A stretch of 64,000 nucleotides of DNA from the human T2T-CHM13v2.0 reference genome, Homo sapiens: NCBI RefSeq assembly GCF_009914755.1, contig NC_060929.1, one strand, 5' to 3'. The notes under the pieces were generated by a model that searched no databases, was not told the DNA's origin, and was given only the letters and a program-made list of their open reading frames with translations. Position 1 is the stretch's first letter. Each line of letters begins with the position of its first letter. This document shows, one piece after another, positions 38,201-58,746 of this stretch. A program made the translations under genes and the position numbers.

Positions 38201-38822
38201 TAGTAGAGACGGGGTTTCACCCTGTTAGCCAGGATGGTCTTGATCTCTTGACCTCGTGATCTGCCCACCTCGGCCTCCCAAAGTGCTGGGAATTACAGGC
38301 GTGAGCCATCGTGCCCGGCCCCCCCACCTTTTTTTTTTTTTAAGTAGAGATGGGGTTTTGCTATGTTGGCCAGGCTCGTCTCAAACTTCCTTACTTCAAG
38401 TGGTCTGCCTACCTCAGCCTCCCAAAGTGCGGGGATTATAGGCATGAGCCACCGAGCCCAGCCTCTTTTTCCTTTCCTTTTCTTTTTTTTTCTTTCGAGA
38501 CAGGGTCTTTGTTGCTCGGGCTGGAGTGCAGCGGTGCAACCATAGCTCACTGCCGCCATGACCTCCTGGGCTCAAGCAATCCTCCTGCCTCAGCCTCCTG
38601 GACCACAGGTGTGCGCTACTGTGCTTGACTAAATTTTTTATTTTTTGTAGAGAAGAGGTCTTACTGTGTTGCCTAGGTTTGTCTCAAATTCCTAGGCTCA
38701 AGCAATCCTCCTGCTTCAGCCTCTCAAAGTGCTGGCGTTACAGGCATGAGACACTGCACTTAGCCCTATATATTTTTAAATTCACCTTACAGTGAACTTA
38801 TTTTATAATAGTTTAATGAGGC

Positions 38823-38883
38823 AGCTGGTCCAAGTGCACTGGTGTTTACAACTAAATGATCACAACTGATTACAGATTTCTTT
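38823..38883 (+). pseudogene. Y3 RNA (RNY3-derived) pseudogene, 3'-truncated
   Basis: agctggtccaagtgcactggtgtttacaactaaatgatcacaactgattacagatttcttt matches about nt 1-61 of hY3. Confidence 0.9.
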
Positions 38884-40312
38884 TTTAATATTAAAAATTT
38901 TTTTTAAACACCAGCTGACCCATGTTCAGACAAATTTTTTCTTTTTTTTTTTTGATATAGGGTCTCACTCTCTGTTGCCCAGGCTGGAGTGCAGTAGTGT
39001 GATTGTGGCTACCTGCAGCTTCAGCCTCTTGAGCTCAAGTAATCCTTCCATCTCAGCATCCCAAGTGCCCAACTACAGGCATGTGTCACTATGCCCACCT
39101 AATTTTTCTATTTTTTTGTAGAGATGGGGTTTTGCCATGTCGCCCAGGCTGGTCTCAAACTCCTGGGCTCAAGCAATCTGCCGCCTCAGCCTCCCAGAGT
39201 GCAGGGATTGCAGGCTGAGCCACCATACCTGGCCCAGATAAATTTCTTTTATCCTACTCTACTGGCCTTAAAAACAAAAATAAACAGCCGGGTGCGGTGA
39301 TTCACGCCTGTAATCCGAGCACTTTGGGAGGCCGAGGCAGGCGGATCACCTGAGGTTGGGAGTTCGAGACCAGGCTGACCAACATGGAGGAACCCTGTCT
39401 CTACTAAAAATACAAAATTAGCCAGGCGTGGTGGCACATGCCTGTAATCCCAGCTACTCGGGAGGCTGAGGCAGGAGAGTCGCTTGAACCCGGGAGGTGG
39501 AGGTTGCGATGGCCGAAATCATGCCATTGGACTCTAGCCTGGGTAACAAGAGCAAAACTCTGTCTCAAAAACAAAAACAAAAACAAGCAAACAAAAAAAC
39601 AGCTCTCTCTCTCTACATATAGATATATATGAGTCTTTTGTCTTTTAAGGAAATCAAGTAGAAAAAAGCTAGTTTTTAGCATTTAACTATTTATTTACCA
39701 TTTTTGGTGTTTTCATTTCTTCCTGTAGGTCCAAATGACAGGTCTACTGTTGAAAAATTTTCTGAGCTTTCATTTATCTGAATGTTTTTATTTCAGCCTT
39801 TCAGCCTTGTTTTTGAATGATATATTTTGCCAGTTTGACAGTTTTTTCTTTTTGGTCTTTTAAAGATGTCATTGTATCGTCTCCTGGCTTTCAGTGTTGC
39901 TGATGAAAAGTCGACAGTAATCATATCGTTCTTGCCTCATATATGATTAATTATATTTCTCTGGCTGTTTTCAGGATTTTTTTTTTTTAATTTTAGTATT
40001 CAGCTGTATGACGATGATATGCCTAGCTTTAGTTTTGAGTTTGCTCAGCTTCTTGCATCTTTTACTGTATTAGGGAAATTTTAAATTACTTTTAATAGTT
40101 TCTCTGTTTAATCCTCTCGTTCTGGAACTCCACCAACATAGTTTACCCCATGTGACATTCTACAGGTTACCAAAGCTCTGACCACCTTTTTCCAATCTTT
40201 TTTCCTCCATTTCAGTTTTGATAGTTTCTATTGTCATAGCGTCAAGTTCACTGACTCTGTCTTTTGTCTTCAATCTGCTGTTAAACCCATTTAGTGAATA
40301 TTTTATTTCTGA

Positions 40313-40522
<210 letters not shown>

Positions 40523-40789
40523 TAATTTTTTGTATTTTTAGTAGAGACGGGGTTTCACTATGTTAGCCAGGATGGTCTTGATCTCCTGACCTAGTGATCC
40601 GCCTGCCTCAGCCTCCCAAAGTGCTGGGATTACAGGTGTGAGCCACTGCACCTGGCCTCCTCCTGGTTATTTTTTATAGTTTCCATTTCTCTGCTGAGAT
40701 TTCCCCATCTCTTCACTATACTTTCCTCTGAATCGTGAAACATCTCTATAATGAATGGCTCCTTTAACTTTTTTGTTTGTTTATTCTAA

Positions 40790-41068
<279 letters not shown>

Positions 41069-41428
41069 TAGCCAGGATGGTCTCGATCTCCTGACCTCGT
41101 GATCTGCCTGCCTCGGCCTCCCAAAGTACTGGGATTACAGGCGTGAGCCACCGTGCCCAGCCTTGACTTTTTCTTTTCTTTTCCTATCACATTTTCCTAT
41201 CTTTTCTCATGTCATGTGGGTTTTAAAAAATAATTAATTTTTTGGTCTCCGTCACGGGTTTTTTTGTTTGTTTTTGTTTGAGACAGAGTCTCGCTATGTC
41301 ACCCAGTCTAGAGTATAGTGGCGTGATCTTGGCTCACTGCAACCTCCGCCTCCCAGGTTCAATCGATTCTCCTTCCTCAGCCTCCTGAGTAGCTGGGACT
41401 ACAGGTGCGCACCACCATGCCTGGCTAA

Positions 41429-41686
<258 letters not shown>

Positions 41687-41733
41687 TGATCCACCCGCCT
41701 TGGCCTCCCAAAGTGCTGGGATTACAGACGTGA

Positions 41734-41898
<165 letters not shown>

Positions 41899-42280
41899 TG
41901 AGATGGAATCTCACTCTGTTGCCCAGGCTGGAGTTCAGTAGCATGATCTCAGCTCACTGCAACCTCTGCTTCCTGGGTTCAGGTGATTCTTCTGCCTCAG
42001 CCTCCCAAGTTGGGATTACAGGTGCATGCCACCATGCCTGGCTAATTTTTGTATTTTTAGCAGAGATGTGGTTTCACCATGTTGGCTAGGCTGGTCTCGA
42101 ACTCCTGACCTCAAGTGATCCACTCACCTCAGCCTCCCACAGTGCTAGGATTATAAGAAGTGAACCACCATGCCCGGCCAACCGTGAGTTTTTTTGAAAT
42201 TGCATACTAGGCCAGGCGTAGTGGCTCATGCCTGTAGTCCCAACACTTTGGGAGGCCAAGGCGGGTGGATCACGAGGTCA

Positions 42281-42599
<319 letters not shown>

Positions 42600-45157
42600 T
42601 CACACCTCTAATCCTAGTATTTTGGGAGGCTGAGACGGGAGGATTGCTTGAGCCCAGAAGTTCAAACCCAGACTGAGCAACATGGCAAGATCCCATCTCT
42701 ACAAAGAAAAAAAAAAAAAAAAAAAAAAAAAGCCAGGCTTGGTGGCACACGTCCCCTAGCAATTCAGGAGGCTGAGGCAGGAGGATTGCTTGAGCCTGGG
42801 AGATCAAGGCTGCAGTGAGCTGTGATCACAGCACTGCATTCCAGTCTGGAAGACATCAAGACTCTGTTTCAATAAACAAAACAGAATAAAAAATAGTGTT
42901 GACTTTTGTTCTGGAAAACTGTTAATGTACTGCCAACTTCTTTGTTCCTGTTAAGGCTTGTCTTAAAGCTTTGTTGAGGCAGATCTAGACTGGTCTTTAA
43001 TCTAGGACATCCTTTCTCCAATGGGATTTCTCATCTGATTTACAGAAAATAATTTGAATTACTATTATATTTTATTATTTTCTTCTTTTCCCAGAACAGT
43101 CTCATGGTAGGCATGAGTTATTATTTTCTAAGTTCTCTAAGGATGGTTATACTAATACTATACTATTAATAGATAAGTGAGAGAAGGGAATGCATTGCAT
43201 ACAGTGGCTGCTTTAATGCATTAGTACTTAATTCTCATGCTACATCCCTGGTAGAGAAAGGCTACTCTAGGGTATCGTTTTTATCTCTAATGGTGATCTT
43301 TCTGGTGTCTGAGGTGAATGTATTTGGGTATTAATGAGGTCTTTCCATTAGGATGCACCTGAACTCTATTGTCATATGGTGTTTTATGACTTTTAGCATC
43401 TTCCTTCTGCCTTCATGGCTTTAGCAGCTGTTCTCTTTTAAGCCTTATATTCTGGACATATGCAACCCATACTTAGGCCAAGGTATCATGGGGTATTTCC
43501 ACCAGGCCTGTGAGGTACCCCTCTACACAGTTCCTTTTTAGAACTATGCTCCTAAAGATTCCCTACCTCTGCAGCCTAGTTGGATTGCTGTACCCTGTTT
43601 GGCCTTCACCTCCCTTTCCTTGGTTAGGAAATTGAGCCCAGGCAGAGAGCCAAGGTAAACATGGGCACATCTTGTCTGTTTTCCTTCTCTCCGTGATTGT
43701 AGTCTTGCTCTCACTATTGTCCTTTGCTTGAAAATAATTGATGCATATATTTTGTCAGTGTTAAAAGTCATTCGTGGTGGAGTTGGATATGTAGGACCTG
43801 TCCATAATGAGTTACTTTGCCAAGGCCAGAAGTGGAAATTATGGGATTTATTTTGTGATCATGGAATTTGGCCTGTTACTGGTTCTTACCTATGAAATCA
43901 TTGACTAGTTTCAATATATTTCTTTGAGAAAGTTTTAAATTGTTCTGAATTATATTACCAATTAAGTAAAATATGAGGTAGCACTGTTTTAGAATTAAAT
44001 GCCTGAAGCCTATTGATATTTCTTTTAGGACATTTAATTTAGTGTTTATAGCCAATCATTTTTTGTGGAGGTAACATTTGTTAACTTTTGAGGAAATGTT
44101 TAAATAACAGTATGATCTTTTAAGGCAGAAATAAGATTATCTTTGAAAACTTCTGTATTGATAATAAGTTTTGTGAAGAAAAACAAAAGAATGGGAAAGA
44201 AGGGCAACCTGTACATTAAAAGATGTTAATGTCATATCAGGTTTTAAAAATATGGGCAAGGCTAAACTGTATCATCTAAGAATACACACTTGGGTCATAA
44301 ACAATAAGGAAATACAAGAAAGTGATTGCTTTACAAGTCATATTAGTGGTTAAGTTCTTTTGAAGGGAGGAAGGGGGCATGAAGTACTTCCTTTGTTTTA
44401 TGTGATATTCTCTCTCTCTTTTTTGCAATTAAAAAGCTTTATTTTTGTGCTTTTAATAAAAACTTGTAGATCACTGACGTGTAGATGGGAAACATTGGCT
44501 GTTTGTTTCCTCTCCTACGATGTGTTTGCGTGATCAGACGTCTTCAGACACAAACTTATGCCCTCAGTCTTCCTAATGACTTTAGGATGGATTGAGCCTT
44601 AAGCCTTAAACATCTCCCTCTTAATGGAAGTAATCTGGTAGTAAACTGAGGACAGGGATTTTTGGGGCTGAGAAAAATGTGAGGAAATGTGCCTTAATAT
44701 ATAGAAGTTTGTCAGGATAAACTTGGCCTGCTTCAAAATTTCACTTAGTTGTTTCTCTATAGTCTTCTCTCCATGCTACTTGAAATATATTAGAACAATG
44801 ATGTCAGAGGTTTAACCTGTTACGAATACTTAATTTTTTAAAAGTTAATACCAGTGAGCTTAGTCATAGGTTTGATCTGCTTTCATGTTTGTTGACTTTA
44901 TTTTTTTCTGTCCTCTGTAAATCCAGCTTCCATTGCTGATTCATGCTATTGGTAATGAGAATCAAGAAGCTCAGTAAAAATCTTTCATCCTTATTTTTAA
45001 AAAGCCGAAGGTTTAAGTAACTTGCCTATTGGCAAAGACATATTAAGTAGAGAGCAGTATGTTATTCCTAAGAGTTTCATTTTAATGCTTACTGCATTTA
45101 AAAAAAAATGCTTGTTTTATGAGAGAAAATTACCATAGGGTTTTTTGTTGTTAACAG

Positions 45158-45212
45158 AATAAATTTAAACGGGAAGAGAAAACAAATGGATGGAGAATAG
45201 ACAAAGCATTCC
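45158..45212 (+). CDS. BDP1: BDP1 exon 8 (NKFKREEKTNGWRIDKAF), end of the SANT domain
   Basis: taacag acceptor, CC|gtaagt donor; 55 nt; completes the KNKFKREEK motif. Confidence 0.96.
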
Positions 45213-47802
45213 GTAAGTATTAAGACCTCTTTTACAAAGTATTACTTGAAGAGCCTAAAAAATGACCAGTCTTTTGTCTTTGGCTTTAGTGTGTTTTAGA
45301 TTTGTTTTGTTCCTGTATTGGCATTAAGAGGAAGCAGTCTGAAATTTTTCTGTTTAGCAGTATGGGTCTGGCACTTGCTACAAATATATTGGCAGGAGAT
45401 TATCCAGAACATCTAGGTGCAGGTAAACAGTTCTAAGTCCAAGAAGTTATGGAGGGATTGATGCTACCACTTCTAAGTGTTATTTATTCTGAAGGAACTG
45501 TATGGGAGGAGATCATTGTTTCTGGAAGACAGTACTATTAGTTATATAGATGGTTCTTTCTGGTTCTGAATGACTAATCAGTCATTCAGTCAATAACACT
45601 GACCACCTACTATATGGTAGTCATTGTTCTAGGTATTGAGCATGTAATGGTGGAAGATAAATGGCAGATGAGAATCCTGCATTTAGAACCTTAAGTCTGA
45701 TTGGATGGGGGAAGAAATATAGTTGATAAGCATAATTTTAGGTGGTGATTCATTTCCAAAAAGAAGAAAAAAGAGAGGGTGGATGTTTAGGTCTCTTTTT
45801 TCCTAATGATCATTGGATCATTAGGGAAGTTCTGTCTGAAGAGATACACTAGCATTTGAATTTAGATCTCATCTGAAGGAATGATAGATATCTTGCAATT
45901 TCTAACTAAAATCCTCATTAAAATTAACATATTTTTCTTCAAGTCTAGAGAAAGATATCAAAGGATCTATAAAGAAAAATACATTTACTGTTAAAAATAG
46001 TTCTTGTATTTTTTGATTACAAGATAGGTCTTTTTTTCACCACAGCTGTGGACAGGAATATATTTTTTGTGGATTTATAATTATCAGTATTTTATGATTA
46101 ATAAATGTATTCAATGTCCATTTAGTCGTAAGATTAGCCATAGTGCTAATTTTAGAAAAAAAAAATCCAAATGTAGAGAGTACCTACATTATGTAGCATG
46201 TATATTTATTTTATGAGTAGACACTAAGGTAGGTGGGTGGATCCTACACCCAGTGTTTTATCGGGTCTTTAGGGAAACTGCTTTGAGGAATGGCTCTTAG
46301 AAGATCTGGAATATTGTGCTCCTCAGCCCATTCCATATTAGAGAAGTGGTCCTGAAACTTCATTAAGTGTAACACATTATAGTCAGAAAATAATTCGTAA
46401 ATCTATAAACAGTCTATTTGGATTGTGAAGCATTTTTATAGACTATTATAATAGATATTTTTAAAATTTATTGATCTTAAACAGGATACAGTGTTGTATG
46501 CCTATAGGCCCAGCTACTCTCAGGAGTCGCTGAGGCAGGAGGATCTTTTCAGCCGAAGAATTCGAGGCCAGCCTGGGCAACACAGCAAGATCCTATCTCA
46601 AAACTAGAAACAACTCATTGATTTGGAGGCTTTCTATTGGAAATTTTTTTTTTAAATTAAAACCTATATAAGTTTTTTGAGAGAACTTATGTTTTGAATT
46701 TCTCTGAGAACCATGTGGAGATCCTTTATGATTCTTTGAGTGCTATGTCTTTCAGAATCATTGTGGAGAGTCAGAACAAATGAAGTCTGGGTCAACAGTG
46801 AAATAGGGTCTTCAGGAATCCCAGATTTGGGTTTAGTTTCCAGAGATTCTTTTTATTTTAGTATATACCTTCTTTTCTGAGGCTATCTTGTAATCAAACC
46901 AGTCTTTGGCTTATGTGCATAGAGCACCATTTTCTCTACATTGACTTTAAGTTCAAGCAAGGATTTGCCTCCTGGTCTGGATTCATTCCTGGAGTGTTCA
47001 CTGATTACTTTCAGATATAATGCTGTTGATAGGTATTTAGTGGGCATGTTCCTGATTAAATTCATTTACTTCCCACTTTGCTGATACTTATAAGAGTAAA
47101 TGGTGAAATGGTTGTGATAAAGGTAGGGCATATGGTGGTGAACAGGCATTTCAAGGACTTCTCAGTCCATAAAAAAATTGATTTATATTTATACACAGCT
47201 CAAAGTGTAGTTCAAGTTTTGACAAAGAATATGCCTGTGTAACCACTACCCCAAACAATAGAGGAAATGTTTTCATCACTTCACAAGGTCTATTATGTCC
47301 CTTTCTGAACAATCAAATGCTGTCCTCCTGGCCCAAGGCAACCACTATTTTCATTTTAATCACCATAGATAGCTTAGTGTGTTCTAGAATATCTTATACA
47401 TGGTATCATATAGTATGTACCCTAGTATCTGTTTTCTTCCACTCAGTATGTTTTTGAGATTCCCTCATATTATTGCATGTATCAGTAGTTTGTTCCTTTT
47501 GTTTTGTTTAAAACTAGTTTATTTGCAATAAACAAATTATTACAAATTTGTAATAAATTATTATTTGTAATAAACTAGTTTATTTGTTTCGTTGCTGAGT
47601 GGTGTTCTGATGTGAACTACTAATCTATTTCCCTGCTAAGACCAACCTATTCTGTTGCTGAGTGGTGTTCTGTTGTGTATTTGTTTTTCTGTTCTCCTAC
47701 TGATAAACAAACCCATTTGCTTTTGATGTTATGATACTTTAAAAGCTAGAAGTAGCTTTTAAAAATAAAAACTTGAAAGTTCTTTTCCTTTTCTTTAAAC
47801 AG

Positions 47803-47946
47803 AGGAAAAGCGCCCTTTTGACTTCGATTTTTTTGCTCATTTGCTTCAGAAAGTTCTTGCTGAAGAAGAGAAAAGAAAACAAAAATCTGTTAAAAATCAC
47901 AGTTTAAAGGAGAAGAAATCCACCAAACCACGGAAAAATGTAAAAG
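47803..47946 (+). CDS. BDP1: BDP1 exon 9 (QEKRPFDFDFFAHLLQKVLAEEEKRKQK...RKNVK)
   Basis: aaacag acceptor, AAG|gtattg donor; 144 nt. Confidence 0.95.
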
Positions 47947-48476
47947 GTATTGATTTTAAAAGGAAGTGTGATAGTTTACTTAGTAGTAATAAACTTGCAA
48001 TATTGTCCCTCAGGCCTTTGAGAGTTCATGTGTAGCTCAGGTAGTTAAGATCATCAAAGCATCCAGTTGGAGGGAGTATATGTTTTTTCAATCAACTAGT
48101 TATCTGGTCCAAAACAATAGCTTTCTTTTAAAATTTTTAACTGGCGTGATTGGGTTATTTGATATCTCTCTAGCATAGAGGATAGTTGTAGCCAGTCAAA
48201 GAGCATCAGAATTTGGAGTGTTGTATTTCATGTTTGATTATTTATTATCATTTTCCTCTGTAAAACAAATCTGGTATAAAATTCTAGGATTAAAAAAAGG
48301 AACTCTAATCTTCTGGGGTTGTGACTAGACTGTATTGGTTGAGCGTAACTTATTTCTGAAGGCTAATGTTGAGTTGTAACAGGTAGAAATTGTATATATG
48401 TAGGTATTTTTATTTTTAGGCTTATGTTTTCTTAACTATTTGAACTCTGGTCTATAAGGACAATGTTTAGCTATAA

Positions 48477-50412
<1,936 letters not shown>

Positions 50413-50722
50413 CTATATGTAACTGTTTTTGTTTAATAAAAATGAGATTTTATGTGTATCTTGTTCTGCTTGGTTTTTTAAATGCAACAATATGCTTTGA
50501 AATTTTTCACATGACTACATATAATCTTACCTCATTATTATTATTGGCTCCGTGGATTTTTATATATTATTTAGTCATTTCCCATTAGACATTTTAGGTT
50601 GTCTTTAGGTTTTTTGTTCATACAAATAAATAATACAGAGGACATCTTTGAGTCTCTTTCCCACCTTTACAAATTTTTCTTTAGGTTGTTTAAATATTTA
50701 TAGTAATTTCTCTTGTTTTCAG

Positions 50723-51001
50723 TGAAAAAAGTTGCCTGTGAAGGAGTGAATAATGATCCAGATGAGTCTATGAGTTCTAGAATTTCAGACACGGAAAGAT
50801 CTCAGAAGGATGCTCAGACAGTTGAAGAAGAGTCTCTGACCTTATCAAGGGAGGATGCAGAGCAGGTTGCATTAGAAGTAGACCTAAATCAAAAGAAAAG
50901 AAGGAGGAAGAAGCAAGATGGAGCTAATGAACTGGGAGTAAACAATCTTTTAGAAAATGCCACTGTTCAGGCGGGTCCTTCTAAAGGAGAAAAACACAAG
51001 A
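50723..51001 (+). CDS. BDP1: BDP1 exon 10 (VKKVACEGVNND...KKRRRKK...GEKHK)
   Basis: tttcag acceptor, GA|gtaagt donor; 279 nt; basic NLS-like cluster at 50893-50913. Confidence 0.96.
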
Positions 51002-52302
51002 GTAAGTTTCTTACATATTTAAAAAGCCTCTATATTACTTGAGAAGACATGTACAGTAATATGGTATGTAACTTAATTTTCTGTCTAGATAGCAATTAAT
51101 GATGCTTATTAATTGGTTCTGTACTAATGGTACTGTGCTAACGCTGTTTATTTTTAATTAAAAAAGTTTATGTAAAAAAATTAAACAAATTAAAGTGGGG
51201 AGATTGTTCTCTAAAGTTTGTTTCTAAGATGTATCACCTCCTGTGCATTCCCATTAACTATGATTAGAAATCACATCTATATAGAGTTAAAAGTATGTTG
51301 CTATGTCTGTCAATAAAGCACAGATTTTCATGTTGTACCTCTACAGAGCACCTCTGTGAACCCACAAGGGGTTAGTTCCTATAAAAGAACTAGTGGAATA
51401 TGTATTCCTTCCCTTTTTCTTTTTTACTCTTTGAATGCAAACATATTGCCACTTATGAGTTGCTTGGGGATGAGGGCTAAGAGTTTGAGGGGGAGTCTTG
51501 GTCCCTTTCCTTAAGAGTTCATATGTAGATTATTTAAAGCTGATAACCAAGGAAAAGGTAGGAGCAGACCAGAACAACCTTTCTATAAAATTTATGTTTT
51601 CTGTAGTTCAGATTTACCCATCTGATTTTAATAAAAGAGTACTGGTAGCTAACATAGTATGCTTTGTAGGCATCTCAATATTATGCTCTTTTTTGGCTTA
51701 TTGGAGTCATTACGTATAATGCAGAACAGCTTAATGATTCACAACCAGGTTTTAGAAATCAAACAGACCTTGCTTTAAATTCCAGCTTTTTTACTTGCTT
51801 AAGTATTGCATTGGGAAAGTTACTTAAGATCTCTGAACTCAGGGGGTTCTCTATGAGGTTAATGTTAATATATTTTAATAGGATTGTTTCAAGTATTAAA
51901 TGAGATAATGCATCTGATGGACTTAAGGGTTCCTGCCGCTTAGTAAGTACTTAATAAATGATAGCTATTACTGTGTTACTAATTAGTATACTTCTGAAGG
52001 AGCAAAAGAATAGTTAAGTCAACTTTTAGTTTCCCTACTTGACATATAAAATAAGCCACTTTAAATACTTAGAATTTAAGATAAAAGGAAGATGCTACAA
52101 ATTGCCCAAGAAGCTTGAGCTGATCCTCATATATGTTAAGTTTTTATTATGGTCTAAAAATAAGATGTGTGCCTTGCAAATAGGGACTTGAATGTTGCTT
52201 AAGGTTTTGTAGGAAAAGAGTGTTATAGGTAAATTCCTTTGTGCTCTAAAAAAGATGTTTTTGCTGTCATTTTTTAGAATAACATGCATTTTGTATTTGT
52301 AG

Positions 52303-52450
52303 ATAAATGTCAGGCTATAAGGCCTGAGCTAAAGGAAGGTGAATGCAGTAAGGAGCAGATGCTTTCCTGCACACAAAACATAGATGGCATTGTGGGTTTT
52401 GCCTCCACTGAAAAAGTTGAGAAAAGAACTGACCCCATCCTTTCATTAAG
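52303..52450 (+). CDS. BDP1: BDP1 exon 11 (NKCQAIRPELKEG...RTDPILSL)
   Basis: ttgtag acceptor, AAG|gtattt donor; 148 nt. Confidence 0.95.
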
Positions 52451-52459
52451 GTATTTTCT

Positions 52460-55600
<3,141 letters not shown>

Positions 55601-56568
55601 TGTGTTGAAATGGTCAGTGCGTGGCTATCAGTTATATTATTGTTAGTTGAAATTTATTTTGTGACAGAGTCTTGCTCTGTCGCCCAGGCTGGAATGCAGT
55701 GGTGCAATCTCAGCTCACTGCAGCCTTGACTTCCTGGGCTTAAGCAATCCTCTCACCTCAGCCTTCTGAGTAGCTAGGACTACAGGCACGTGCTACCACA
55801 CCTGGCTGATATTTGAAATATTTTTTAATATAGTAGTTCTCACTTTGCGTAGGACTATGTTAACTCAACTTGAGCTTATTGGAGCTGTATCTTTGCTTTA
55901 TTTGACTTTTGGTTACACAGTACCCTGCATAGCAAGGATTGCCTATATAAATTTTAATGAAAGCTAATTCCTAAATATTAGTATTATTTTACGCATGTTT
56001 GATTTGTGAACCACATTTAATAATTTCTCATTTTGAAGCCTTTTCTTTTTTTGAAACAGAGCTTTGCTCTGTCACCCAGTCTGGAGTGCAGTGGTGTGAT
56101 TCCACCTCCCGGGTTCAAGTGATTCTTTTGCCTCAGCCTCCTGAGTAGGTGGGATTATAGGCCTGCACCACCATGCCCAGCTAGTTTTTGTATTTTTAGT
56201 AGAGATGGGATTTAACCATGTTGGCCAGGATGTTCCAAACTCCTGGCCTCAAGTGATCTGCCCGCCCTGGCTTCCCAAAGTGCTGGGATTACAGGCGTGA
56301 GCCACCTTGTCCGGCCTTCATTTTGAAACTTCTTGAGCATGTTCCTAAGCGTGTAAATTTGTGGCTGCTGCTTTCTCTGGAGGTACAGTTTTTATAACAT
56401 GATGCAAGATGGATCATAGAAAAGCTAATGTAGCAGTTTGTATTACTCTATAATGTGAAGCAGCATCTTGCAAAATGGTGATTTTGTGTGTTTAACATTT
56501 TAAAAAATAATTATAAAATATATATCATTAGGAATTCTTTTCTCTCTGAAATATTTTCTTTTTTTTAG

Positions 56569-56727
56569 TAATCAACAAGATGCCACATCAGTAGCAACTG
56601 AGTCTTCAGAATCAAGCACTTCAGATTTGCCTTCATTCGAAGTTGGAATTAGAGCATTGTGTGAGGTGAATAATGCTGAGGGTAGTTGTATAGAAGAAAG
56701 AAATGTTGACCTAAAAAATAATTCACT
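56569..56727 (+). CDS. BDP1: BDP1 exon 12 (SNQQDATSVATESSES...DLKNNS)
   Basis: ttttag acceptor, CT|gtaagt donor; 159 nt. Confidence 0.95.
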
Positions 56728-57373
56728 GTAAGTATTTTATACGATAGGATTTATTTATAAAATTTTGATAAGGTTCTTAAATGATAATAATGTTGCTTCA
56801 TTTAGGGATTCGAGGGGATTATTAATACATACTTTATTAATAGTAGAGGGAATCATTTAATATGTAATTATACTGTAGTCTGTTCAGAGTGTAACATCAG
56901 GTGTTTTACTTTATATTTCTTTGCAGAAAGATTCTCTTTCATATCTGTTATATAATAATGATATGAATTTTAGGAAGGTGGTAACTTACGAAATTCTAAA
57001 ACAATTTGGAAGCCTAAATATTTGCCATGAGATTTTACTTTTACTTGGTTTGAGTTATTTTTTATGCCTGGTGTCAAAATAATATTTTGATATTGGTGAT
57101 TTCAAGGAAGTATATCTTCCAGTATGCAGATACTGGTTAAATTAGTATCTTCCCAAGAAACGATTAAAAACATCATAAAAATCTCCCTTTGAAGAGGTAT
57201 CTGAAAGTTTTATACTTCCTTTTAGTCTTCCTTGTAATTCCTCATCTCATATGGGCTTAAAAGCTATTAATAGTTTATGGGCTGGGCGCAGTGGCTCACA
57301 CCTGTAATCCCAGCACTTTGGGAGGCCGAGGCGGGCGGATCAGGAGGTCAGGAGATTGAGACCATCCTGGCTA

Positions 57374-57607
<234 letters not shown>

Positions 57608-57746
57608 TCAGTAAAGTACTGTCACAATGGAAATCAAACTTAAAAATGTCAGTCTTTGAAATAGACAATACATTCATAGGGTTCAAACATCGAAAAGTAT
57701 AAAAAGGTATGATTGAGCTCTCCCTCACACACACATACACATTTAA

Positions 57747-58329
<583 letters not shown>

Positions 58330-58589
58330 TGAAGTTATTTTCTGGATTTTAAATTTGTTTCATTTATCTGTTTATTCATATGTTAGTACCACACTGTTTT
58401 AATTACTGATGATGAATGGTGTATTTTTAATATCAGATAGAACAAGTTAGTCTCTTTAAGTTTTCTTTGCTACTCTTGTTCTAAGTAAGCTCTTAAAGGA
58501 GTTCTTCCTAATTCTCAGTAGGTTATTTTAGAAGTTCATTTGGACATGACTGCATGTTTGATGCTATTTAAATAATGTTAATTTTTCAG

Positions 58590-58746
58590 GGAAATTGATC
58601 AAACAGAAAATGTTAAACCAATGTTGAGAGGTCGCTTCCAAAGACCTAAACCCAATTTGTCAAGGGCTGGGAAGAAATCAGTTCTTTCACAAGGCAAAAC
58701 AGAGTCAGAGAGCAAGAATTCACATTCAAAAACTTCAGTTGAAAAG
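58590..58746 (+). CDS. BDP1: BDP1 exon 13 (EIDQTENVKPMLRGRFQRPKPNLSRAG...TSVEK)
   Basis: tttcag acceptor, AAG|gtatgg donor; 157 nt. Confidence 0.95.

Noticed and set aside
45158-45163. AATAAA at the start of exon 8
   Set aside because: It encodes conserved Asn-Lys, and the nearby 5' splice site should suppress cleavage.
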